Assembly: GCF_009914755.1 (NCBI RefSeq) | Contig: NC_060932.1 | Length of the DNA stretch: 64,000 nucleotides | Direction: 5' to 3' (one strand) | Source: the human T2T-CHM13v2.0 reference genome, Homo sapiens | Shown here: piece after piece, positions 49,065 to 62,205 of the stretch | Layout of the letters: each line of letters starts with the position of its first letter | Position numbering within the stretch: the stretch's first letter is position 1 | Program-made: the position numbers and the translations under genes | The notes under the pieces: generated by a model | The model's database searches: none | What the model was told of the DNA's origin: nothing | What the model saw: the letters and a program-made list of their open reading frames with translations, nothing else

Positions 49065-49260
49065 ATCCTCTTCCCGCCAGCCTTGCTCTCGGGCTGTGCC
49101 AGCATAAACGGCCCGGTGGAAGTGGAGGACATGCCGAGTGACGTCAGTGGCTGGGTCTGAGCTTCAGATCTTAGCCCAGGCAGCTGAGAACACAGCGCCT
49201 TGGTCCTCTTCCAGGGGGAATATAAAATACTCTATGCACTGCCTGAGAAGGCCGGCTAAG
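49065..49260 (+). promoter_or_regulatory. Candidate CRE+TATA Pol II promoter
   Basis: TGACGTCA 49139-49146, TATAAAA 49221-49227, GGAAGTG ETS-like site near 49117, local CpG retention. Confidence 0.5.
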
Positions 49261-49439
49261 CTTGTGGGGACCAGAAGACGGAAGGGCCTCCAGAGCCAAC
49301 CCCAGCAGCAGAACTGGCTTTGCATGAAAGAAAGGCAGAGGTTGCCAACAATTTGTGACTTAAGAGGCGGCCAGTGGTCCCCAGGGCCATATGTCTCTAT
49401 TAGGGGAAAGGAGCATGGGTTTTGGGGGTCACAGTGCTC

Positions 49440-49720
49440 TTGAGTATGAATGCAGACATTTGCTAGTTGTATGACCTTGAGCAAGCTACCTATTAGTTTG
49501 GTGCAAAACCAACTGTGGTCTTTGCCATTGCTTCTCATGGTAAAAATCACAATTACTTTTGCACCAACCCAATAGTATCTCTGAGCAGTGTTTCCTCAAC
49601 TGTATGATGGATGTGAGTAATGATACCAGTAGCCATCTAAGAAGGTTGTTGGGATTACAATGTTTCTTTATGTGAAGGGCCCAAGACAGATGGAATCCGG
49701 TACATAACAGATGTTCAAGA
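49440..49720 (+). mobile_element. MIR interrupted by MADE1
   Basis: tgaccttgagcaagctacc[MADE1]tctctgagcagtgtttcctca...gttgttgggatta. Confidence 0.75.
49493..49572. mobile_element. MADE1 (Hsmar1-derived MITE)
   Basis: 80-bp palindrome ttagtttggtgcaaaa...ttttgcaccaacccaa flanked by TA TSD. Confidence 0.93.
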
Positions 49721-50571
49721 AAACTTTCCCTCCCTCCCTCCTTCCCTTCCCTCTCCTTCCTTTCTCTTCCCCCCGCCCACCACCTTCCCTCTTTCCCTCT
49801 TTCTCCTTTGGAGAAAGCTAACACTCAGCTGCCTGTGAGGTTGGCATGGGGGTAAAATCAAGAAGGAAGAAACCCATTCTTGTTGTGAAAACTCTGAGAA
49901 GCTTGAAATCAGAGGCATCAGGTACCGCTGAAGGTGGAGGCATTGGGAAAGGGCAAAAAGCAGGCTGCAGGAACATTTGCATAAGGAACCATTTAGATAC
50001 CCATATTTTCTCTCCCATCTTCAGGCAACGAGGCAACTTCCCCTGTACCTGCCATTCCCCCTGCCACACCCCATGCCTGGAGATTAATTCTGGCACTCAG
50101 GTAATGTGCTGGAAGCAGGGTCACTAAGTGACACTTTGCATGCTGAACAGGAAGTTTCCCTTGGCCTCTTCTGCTTTAGAGCCCACTCAACATAGGCAGC
50201 CATAGGTGAGGAGATTGGCCTCCCCAAACACAGGGCCTAGCAGAATAGATGGATCCTTTCTTAAACTCTGGAGAAGCTCACGAGGCAGTAGCCTCTGCCC
50301 ATGCATGATGAACTTCTTATAAATGTAGTGCCTAATCATTAAGTATGAAGAGAAGCCAGGAATCACCAAAAAACTGAGGCAGATTATAAGTGTACATGGA
50401 GATCCTGACAGATAAATGAATGGAAGAAAGGAGTAGAGACAACGTAGGGGGCATAAAAAAGTTCAAAATATAATGATTAATACTATTCATATGATAAGAG
50501 GAAATATATCTATGAAATAAGAATGGGATTTTATGTAAAGAAGCATTCAGAGAACAGGAAAGGGCTTTTGA

Positions 50572-50962
<391 letters not shown>

Positions 50963-53457
50963 TAATGCTGAGGAAAGGTAATGTCTCAGAAGTAGAAAGA
51001 AGGATAAAGTGATGGAAAGTAGAAAAGATGAGAAAATCAGTCCAAAAGCTCAAACATCTGACCAGTAAGAGCCCAGAAGGAGAAAATGGAAAGTAGAAGG
51101 GGTTAGTTATCAAATAAATGAGAACAAAGTTTTCAAGTCTTCTGAAGACCTGGGTTTCCAAACTGAAAGAGCAAGTGAGTGCCTAGCATAATAGATGAAA
51201 AACAATTCACACATAAAGTACATCATGGTGAAATATCAGGACTCGAATGATAAAGAGTAGTTTGTAAAAGCTACCAGAGAGGAACAGGTTATATACTAGG
51301 GACCAAGAATCAGAATATCATACACATCTCTACAGTTTGGAAATGGTGCAGCAGTGCCTTCAACATTCTGAGGGAAAATGATTTCCAACCTAGAGTCCTA
51401 GTCCTAACAAAATGACCATTCAAGAGTGAGAGTAGACTTGCAAGATCTCAAAAGATGTTCTTTCCCTGCACTTGTTTTCAGAAAGCTACTGTAGGATGCA
51501 ATCCACCGAAACAAGGATATAAACCAAGAAATAGAAAGACTTAGAATCTAGGAATCGGGGTCTCTAAAACTGGGAGAAGCAAAGAAAAAATTAACAGATG
51601 GTAGCAAAGGAAAACCTCAGTATGACAGCTGGACAGTCAGCCTAGGCAGTAATCCTTCCATATGGAACTGATGATGGAGGGATTATAGGAGACACAAATA
51701 TTAAGCGGTGGATTCCCTCGTGTGTTTTACTGTATTGAGAAGAGTTTTACTGTTCTTTTGGAAAGTGTGGGACTGAACAGGGAAAGAAAGATTAGGAAAA
51801 AATATGTAAAAACAAAATGTGTACAAGGAAAAACATAGTACACTAAATGTATGATATATATATATATATAGACATATCCATGTGAATATTGATTGATAAT
51901 TTAACCACTAATTATGGTATAACAATATGGGGAGGATGAAGGAAGGGGGAAAGGGATGTTTGTATGTCTGATGGGAGATGGTGAGCAGTTGGTAGAGAGA
52001 GCTTGATCCTCATCTTCCATGCTAGGGAAATATAATATTTAAATATAAAAAGTTAAAGTATAATGTACATATGTTATTTAGAAAAACAAGGATTATGGAA
52101 AAATATCTTTAAAATTTGTTAAGCCTTGCAGCATTATTTAACTTCAAAAGCTATGCTTATGCATTCCTTTGATTTAAAAAATGAATGAAAAGTATTTCTT
52201 GCACAGCTTGGCTATGCAGAGCACCATCTAGAAGTGGGATCTTGAGTCACAGTAACTATTTTCTTTTTTTAAAGTTGAGAGGGGCTTAAATGCAATTGTA
52301 AGCTAAAATCTGAGGGAAGATAGAGATAGAAGATACAGAAAAAGAGGGAGAATTAATGTTTCAGGGATGGTCTCTAAAGCAAAAGTGGATGGAAGAATGA
52401 ACTTTAGAACACTGTTTGGAGAAGAAGCGGTAGGTACAGAAACACTTAGGAAGCCGAGGGAGATCTTGCCTGAGGCATCCTGTTTTTGGTGAAATAAGAG
52501 GCAAGTACCTTATTCAGAGTGGAGATGTTGTTATGGAGAGGGTTTGAAAAGAGTATTAAAGTTGGAATCATTACTGCAGAGACTGGGGAAAGAGAGCTGA
52601 CTCAGGTATATAACAGGATATCTTGGCAGACCTGAGGGTTTGGCTGAGAATGGAATCTATATATTGGGAATGTCGAATCTCCCCAGCTGTAATGTTTCTT
52701 TAATAAGTCCTGTAATCCTGGGGAACATGGATAGTTGGGATCCTGGGAGCTTGAGGGACCAGCGTAGCTCAGGGCAGGACAAGGGAGTTGAGAGTGATGG
52801 GGAGAAGTGGTTGACATTCTTCCACTTAGGGTCTGGCCTGGACAAGGGTGGAGATGAAGCAGAGGAGGGTGAAGAGCTTTGGAGGAAAGGCTTCAAGGGC
52901 CTGGGTGCTCCATGAAGCTGGAGAGTAGGGTAGGAAAAAAGAGGGAGGAAGCTGCAAGGATGGGATGTTTTCACTGGAGGTGGGCTCCAGGGTCCAAGAG
53001 GCTAATATTTTGCTAGTGGAGCAGTTGACCTTGGGACAATGAAACCAGGGTGCTGGAAGCGTTGTCCACAGGATGCCAGCAGTGCTTAAGGTGAGGAAGA
53101 AGCTAGTGATTCAGTTGCCGAAGTTTGATGACCATAATGGGATTTACTGGGAGGTCAGGACATGAATACTGTGAGAAGAGTCAGTGAGTGGTAGAGCCAG
53201 ACAGCATGGGGGCCAATAGGGAGGGACTTTCAATGTGACTATGAAGATCTGGGAGAATATTCCAGCTCTAGTATATGGGGCACAGGAATGCATGCAGTCC
53301 CCGTTCTAGAGAGCTACAAAGGAAAGCAGTGATGCTGGGGAAGGGTGAGCTTTAGTCAAGGCAAGTTGATGGAGAGAGTCTCTTTCAGTAGCATACATGG
53401 GGTTTTGAGTCAGCAGGGAGGCAGAGGAGCATGGGCCAAGGTCAAAGAGGAGAGGGT

Positions 53458-53507
53458 GAGAGCCCTGGAATTAACTGGTTTTGAGAGCCCTGGAATTAAC
53501 TGGTTTT
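53458..53507. repeat. Perfect 25-bp tandem duplication
   Basis: gagagccctggaattaactggtttt x2. Confidence 0.97.
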
Positions 53508-54673
53508 AAAAGCTTTGAGGCTGAAACATTTTCTTTTATTGGAAGAGAAATAAAGCTACAAAAGCAGTAGGGAGAAGGGTAAGGCGTGGTACATGGACTA
53601 ATCTAGCCCCTAGGAGCACCCAAAATGCAAAACAAGCAAATAAGCCCCACAGGTGCCAGGGAACATGGAGATGCCTGTGCCATTGAACTAGCTGGAGTCC
53701 TACCAATTGTCCCAATTTAATACTTCTTTATAGGACAACCCAAAACTAGCAGGGTCTGCTTAGCATGATGAAGCTCAACTTATTTGAGTGCAAGGTGCTT
53801 CTAAGAATCTTGTCTTTCTCCAGGACTAAAATCACATTGGGAGTTGTAGGACAGTATCTTGAGTGGGACTCTCAGAACTGCCCCAGATTGAGCTTCTTAA
53901 AGTTACTCTTTGTCTGCCACTAGATGCATCTTCTAGGCTTTCTCACAACTTTGCTTGGCTGCAAAATCCCCAAATAAGCCAACGTTGAATTTTGTCTCCC
54001 CACAAACCATCATTCCGTTTCCTGACTCCTGCTGGAGATAACCACACAACTCTGTGGATTAACATCACTACAAAGGCCTGAAGGCTTGCTTTCTACTTTG
54101 TCAAGAAAAATGGAAACCAAAGGGCATGATTTTCTTCAATATATTTAAATCTTCCCAGAATCTTTTCCAATGTACCTGCAGCTCTGGTTTCCTTGCTGTT
54201 TTCTGCCGTCTCAGGGTGCACCTGTGCTCCGTGCCCATGGCCACCTGCTTTGCTGCTTTGCCTGTGCTTTTGACCACAGCTCCTATCACTTTGATACATT
54301 AACCTACCCCTCCATCTCTTTCCCTACCTTGGCCAATATCCTTGATCTTTCTGTCTCCTTGCAGTTCCTTCCTCTCAGTCTGTAAACATGGTTACTTCCT
54401 TCCCATCCTAATAATACGGATGTTCCCCTGACTCTCCTTTGACCTTGAAACCCCCTTAACCGCTTCGCAAACCATGACTGACACTGCTTTTTTGATGTCA
54501 CAGCATCTCCCTAATAGCCATATCTGAAGGATTTTTTTTTGTACTGAGTTTTCTCTAGCTTTCCTCCGAATCTAATACTATGAATGACTTTCACCTTCTG
54601 AAAATGTTATACACTGGCTTCCAGAACTCCTTAGTCTCCTGATTTTTCTAGTTCCTTTCCAACCATTTATTAA

Positions 54674-55006
<333 letters not shown>

Positions 55007-55009
55007 TTC

Positions 55010-55900
55010 TGCCCAACTTTTCACTGTTTGTGTTCTCTTGGGTCCTCTCCTTAGCCCATGGTCCTCCATCCTGGAAGAACTCATCGAAACCCATGACCTC
55101 AATTACGACCTACATGCTGGCAGCTTCCGGGTCTCCATGGGGACCCCCAGACATGTATATTCAGCTGCCTCCTAGACATCCTACTCAAGGTCCCACAGAC
55201 ACCTCAGCCCAATGTCTCCAACACTGGACTCACTCTCTCCTTAAACCAGCTCTGTTTCTGGTGATTTGAATGCCACATGCACCACCTAATGCCACCCCCC
55301 ACCCGCCTATCTGCAATATCTATATCACCACCAAGACCTGCCAACTTTTCTTTCTAATTTTTAGATTTGTCTCTTACCTCCATTCCTATTAAAAACATTC
55401 TGTTTGAGTCTTTATTACTTTTCACCTTACTATTGTCAGTCTCCTGACTTATCTCTGCCTCTAATCTTGTTCCTATTCAATCTACCCTTCACACATCTGC
55501 CACGATGATGTGTTTAAAATGCTGATCTGATCACATCACTCCCCTTTCTTAAACTCCTCCAAAAGCTCCATGCTGTCTATAGGAGAAAGTTCAGACTTCC
55601 TAACAGCATGCAAAGCCCAGCACAAACCAGCCTCTCCAGATCTCTCTGCCTCCTCTGCCCTTTCTTCCTGCCTGCCCGTCTCACGTTTATGCTCTAACAA
55701 CACTGGTGGCCTCAGCATTCTCAGCTCCTGCTGGGCTCCAGCTTACATCACTCTTCTGCTTAGATGGTCCTCTTGGTGAAGATGGTGCCTTTCCTCTTCC
55801 TGCCCTTTCTTTGACTATTTCATACTCACCCTTTAGGACCCAGGTCAGGTGAAACCTCCTCTGGGAAGCCTTCCTGGAGCCCTTAAACAGCTTCTGCTCA
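55010..55900 (+). mobile_element. L2 fragment
   Basis: tattcagctgcctcctagacatc...atctgatcacatcactccc...aacctcctctgggaagccttcc. Confidence 0.7.
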
Positions 55901-55949
55901 GAGTCCTCCAAAGTCTGCCAACACATGAGCACTGTGATGTAATGAAAAG

Positions 55950-56160
55950 AATAAGGACTGTAGAGGAAGCATGACCTGGATATAAGAGGCAGCACTGGGG
56001 CCTTGGGAAAAGTATTTTCCAATTTTGAGCTGCAGTTTTGCCATTTATGTATTGGGGATAATGATATTTCATTTATGGGGATAGTGGAAGGATGATCTTA
56101 AATAATGTACGTGTAGTGTCAGGGCCTATATTAAGTACTCAGTAAATAGCAGTTATTATT
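55950..56160 (+). mobile_element. MIR
   Basis: ccttgggaaaagta...tggggataatgata...taagtactcagtaaatagcag. Confidence 0.65.
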
Positions 56161-57067
56161 GACATCTTCATTGCTGTGTCTATTATAATATTTTTTATAA
56201 CCCACATGTAGGGGGATCCTCACTTTTCATGCCTTTTAATTCTTGTTCTTAATGCATGAAGGATTACCTGGGAATTTACTGCCTTTTGGACATGGGCTTT
56301 TCTAGGCAGCTGTTGCTAATCAATGGTGACTTTGCCTTTAGAGAGGTGCTGATTGAAGGGTAAGAAATGGATGCCTCTCCAGCCTTGGCTCTGCAGCATG
56401 ATTGAGGAGCAGTTCCTATGTCTTCCTAGAGTTTTTCCAGTCTTCTTCAGACCCAACTCTGACAGTGGAGGAATATGTCATTTTTTGAGGGGCTGTGTAG
56501 ATGTCAAAAGAACAAAAGAGGGTGAACTGAATGGAGACGATATCTGTATCTAATGTGCTTGTTCCCTTGTGCCTGCCCAGGGAGGGCATTACAAATGGAG
56601 GTCTTTGAAAAGTGGACATCTCAGGTGGTGCTCCCTGTTTTCTGATCTGTTTTCTCTTCCTTTTCTCCATTACCTTTCACAGAAAACTCCACGGTTCCCC
56701 ATACAAAGTGTACGCCCCCAACCCCTGCACCTTACATATCTGAATGCCTCTTGCATTGGCTGAATGTTGATGGGACTTGTCCCAATTTTCATTGCTGCCT
56801 GTGGCTGGGTAGAGTTGGACTTTGATTCTCAAAATAAGGATGGAGGTGGGTGCTCTAATTTCAGTGTGATCTCTCTACAAGTTTTAACTAAACTCAAGCT
56901 CACCTTATAAAGGCAGGCAACACAGTTGAGGCTTGAGGAAAGACTATTTCTTCTCCTGGTGTGATTGACTCAGCCTATTGCAAAGCAAGAAAACCTATCA
57001 TTCGTGATGAGTATTCCATTCCACCCTGGTGGCTACCAATGCCCTTAAGCCTCAGCCAGTTGTTAAC

Positions 57068-57226
57068 AGGCTGAGCCATCACACCTAGTTAATTTTTCAA
57101 AAAATGTTTCGTAGCGATGGGGTTTTCGTATCTTGTTCAGGCTGGTCTCGAACTCCTGGCCTCAAGTGATTCTCTCTCAGCCTCCCAAAGTGTTGGGATT
57201 ACACGTATGAGCCACCATGCCTGGCC
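57068..57226 (-). mobile_element. Alu left-arm fragment
   Basis: caggctggtctcgaactcctggcctcaag...gagccaccatgcctggcc. Confidence 0.88.
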
Positions 57227-57893
57227 CAGTAACAGGTTTAATTAGATTTCTCATAGTTTTAAAATATCCTTTCCATAGGATGGGGGAGGAGAAGTCCTAC
57301 TTCATTTTGACACAATTATCTGTTAATGTGCCTGTATTGCAGAGTAGCCTGTGGGTTTCTTGAGGGTACGGGCCGTGTTTTATTCATCTCAGCTCACTCA
57401 GTCTCTCTCACAGTGCCTCTTCATGGAAGGCTTTAATAGATGCTTATTGACTATGTGAATGAATTCCAAAGTTTAATGAGAAGTTTTTTGAACTTTTCTT
57501 TCTTTTGTATAAATCTGGAGCCTCAACTTACAAGAAACTTTCCCTAGCTCAGGTCTCCCCTTCCTGGGGGGCTCAGTATCTGTAAGTCAAGTGGGCTTTG
57601 GAATTACACATCAGGCCTGTAGAACATTTCAGAAGGTGGTTGGCTATTGATATTCATTAATTAACTCAGCAAGTATTTACTGAGGTCCTGCAATGTGCTT
57701 GGAAATGCATTAGGTGCTGGGACCAAAGGAAGGGAACAAGAGAGAGAGAGCGCCCTCCTGGAATTGACAAGTTTGCTCTAAAATCTTAATCTTTAGGCAA
57801 TAGGGCAAAGTGAGTTTTAATGAAAGGAGGAATATACGGTGTGATTTCAGAGGACTTTTTCCTTGCTCCAGCTTGATATTTAAAACGGACTTT

Positions 57894-57947
57894 AGAGTTA
57901 TATTATTTAGCTCTTTAATATATAAAAGAGCTAAATAATATAACTCT
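57894..57947. repeat. 54-bp near-perfect AT-rich palindrome
   Basis: 23-bp perfect arms agagttatattatttagctcttt / aaagagctaaataatataactct; centre aatatata has one mismatch. Confidence 0.95.
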
Positions 57948-58164
57948 TTTATATAACCTGCTGGACAGACAATATCTACTAGTATTTAACACACTTGCAG
58001 GAAAAGAGCATTGGAGGGCAGGCTTTGATTTGAGAGGAGAGAAAGACAGTGAAGCCCCCTGGCTACTATGTTTGGAGAAACAGGATGCTCCTAGTGGGGG
58101 AAGGGAGAGAATGAAGGACGTGGGGTCCCAGTGACTGATCTAGAGGAGCAGGGCAAGGCAGTAC

Positions 58165-58300
58165 AGAGTTGACAGTCACTGGGTTCTCAGCTCTGCCACT
58201 CATGAGTGGGTTAACCTCTGGTAACATCTTCAAAATTCTAAGGGTCTGACATTTTTTCATTTATAACATGGAGATTATGACACCCACTTTTGTAAAGTTA
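58165..58300 (+). mobile_element. MIR
   Basis: ctgggttctcagctctgccact...ttttttcatttataacatggagat. Confidence 0.6.
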
Positions 58301-58811
58301 TTACTTTTTTCACTTTGACAGTTTGCCTAGATGTGTGTGACTTGTGAGCAGAGGCATTATTCTCTGTTGAAATGCAAACTGTTGAAAAATAGAAAACTAT
58401 CATTGACCATAGGCACATTGGTAAGAATTGGGGTTTATCAAATAAAAGTGGTCACCTTGGAAAATAAAGGCAAATACCAAGATTATGCCTCTTGGCTAGG
58501 CCAGATGTGTATGTTGAGAAGGGAGGATAAGTGTTTTACAGACATGAGCCTGAGTTTATTCCACAGTGAGGGGAGGCTTGAGCAGCTACAGTACATAAGG
58601 AGGGAAGGAGGCCTCTGCAAATAGGAAGAAGGCCCAGGGTTTGGGATGGGAACATGAACTCGCTCCTATGCCTCCTTCACAGTATGTTGGGCTCAGTGCA
58701 TTTCTCTACACACATCTCTTTTTCTGTTTAACATTTTATGAAATCATCATAGGAATATAAGATGCTTCTATGAGAAAGTCTGCATCCATTAAAGGCAACA
58801 TTTTGCCATAG

Positions 58812-58982
58812 GGAGATAGAGATAGGAATATATAAAGACAGACAGGGAGGGAGAGAGACAGAGAGAGAAGGGGAAGAAGAAGGGGGAGACAGGGAGGGGA
58901 GAGGAGGAAAGGGTAGGGAGGGAAGGGAACAAGAAAAGGAAATGAAAGAAAATAAAAGGAAGGAAAAGAAAAGGAAAGAAAA
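58812..58982. repeat. GA-rich low complexity
   Basis: Directly visible. Confidence 0.8.
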
Positions 58983-59049
58983 ATATATTTGATGGTCAAT
59001 GTTATGTCAAGGGCAGTATCCGCTGTCCTGGTCTGATGGCGACGTGAAT

Positions 59050-59395
59050 ATCTTGTTCCATTTATGGGTGCCATATTTTAAGAAGGACATTTGTAAATCT
59101 CAGTATAACTAGAGTTGTGAGAAGCCATTTGAGAAATTACTTAAAAAAAACAAGGATATTTAACTTGGAGAGGTCTCAGGACCTTCATATGAAAGTTATT
59201 TTCAAACATCTGAGGCAGAGTCGTGAGGAGAGGAAGCAGGGGCTTGTCCTCTGTATGTCAGGGAACTCTGGGTGAAGAAGGGTCTGTGAGGGTCAGGGTC
59301 TCTTCAGCCAGGATCCTGGAGGTCTGGCATGTTGGGGGCACTTCTGTCTGTGGGAAATTAGGCTAGATGACTCCAAAGTTCTCTTCTGGGTCTAA
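59050..59395 (+). mobile_element. L3/CR1-like fragment
   Basis: gccatattttaagaaggacatt...tttaacttggaga...ttttcaaacatctga...ctagatgac. Confidence 0.45.
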
Positions 59396-59566
59396 ATAGG
59401 TAACCAATTGCTTTGAGTGCAATGAGACTTAGAGCAATCTATTATTAAAAATACTTTAAAATTCAGTTATAAAATACATGTGGATTATAAAATATTTGGG
59501 AAGTAAAGAAAAATATAAATGTGTAGGAAATGTATTGTTCATAATCCTACATAATGGTAACAACTA

Positions 59567-59956
59567 CAGCCAGCCCTCTGTATCTGTGGGTTCTGCATCT
59601 GCAGATTGAACCAACTGTGGATGGAAAATATTTTTAAAAATCCCAATAAATGACGACAATACAACAATAAAAATAATACAAATAAAAACAACACAATATA
59701 ACAGCTATTTGTAAAAAACGATACAAATAAACAATGCAGTATAACAATGATCACAATACAGTATAACAAGTATTTAGCATTTACATTGTATTACGTGTTA
59801 TAAGAAATCTAGAGATGAATTCCAGTATAGGAGAGGATGTGCATAGATTTTATGTAATTACTGTGTCATTTTAGATCAGGAACTTGAGCATGGGTGGATT
59901 TTAGTATCCAAGGGAGGTCCTGAAACCAATACCTTCAGATAAAGAGGGACGACGGT
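59567..59956 (-). mobile_element. MER2 (TcMar-Tigger) DNA transposon
   Basis: TIR-like ends cagccagccctctgtatc / gataaagagggacgacgg; atctagagatga...aggatgtgcatag...acttgagcat internal motifs. Confidence 0.85.
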
Positions 59957-60461
59957 CCTAATATTTTGGCATGTTTATTTTCAGTATTTCCCTCCACGTT
60001 TTAGGAAAAATTGAGAAGCAGATGAAATCTCTGGTGCTTGCTTCTGCCTTCTCCCTTGCTTCTTTTCTGCTCATCCTTCATCCAGTTACTTCATGCTTTT
60101 CCTCACCACCTCATCTTAAAACCTGCTCTAGAGAAAAAAAATCAAATGACTTTAAAAAACATGTTGTGAGATTAAGCCTGTGTGCCATTTCTACCAAAAA
60201 TATCTGCCTCCTAATCCTTATACTTGATCATAGAAATAGAGGTTTTTTTCAGTTGAGAGCACTCTTCAAGCACCAAGAGCAGATGCTTAGGGGTGGTGCT
60301 GAGGGAAAATGGAGCCTTCTGTGTGCTCCTGAAATGATAATTGCCACTCCTGGATATTATTATTCTCCATATTTACTGGCTCCATCCTTGACCTGTTAGC
60401 TGTCATTTCTGTCAGTCAAGGTTCTTTCTTGCAAATAACAGAATCTACCCTAGCTAATTTA

Positions 60462-60790
<329 letters not shown>

Positions 60791-61182
60791 GAATGTTGCA
60801 TACCTTATAAAATCCCTGGGAGGGCCAGATCACCAGAATGGATGCTGCCCAACTGAGAGTGAGCAGCCCATCCAGGAACGAGGTAGTTAGGAGACACTCC
60901 GAGCCACATAATGGAGTTGTTCTGGCAACAATACCACTGCTGCCACCTTCCCCAACTGTAATTGTGTCTGGTACTGGATCCAGAAGCTCCATCCTAGCTG
61001 TCTGGGGAGAACCAGACACCTCTACCACTATACATCCCCCAAATCCATCTGCCTGCATTCAGTTACTGCCTCATATAATTCCCTTCTGCGTCCAAGTTAT
61101 GTGGATCTGATGGGTCATTTGCCTGTAACTGCAGCAAGGGAGTCTGGGAAGTATATTGTTTTTGATTCTACTTTGGGAAAAG

Positions 61183-62205
<1,023 letters not shown>

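Noticed and set aside
49126-49146. p53 response element (GGACATGCCG) next to the CRE
   Set aside because: Only one imperfect half-site, with no proper second decamer
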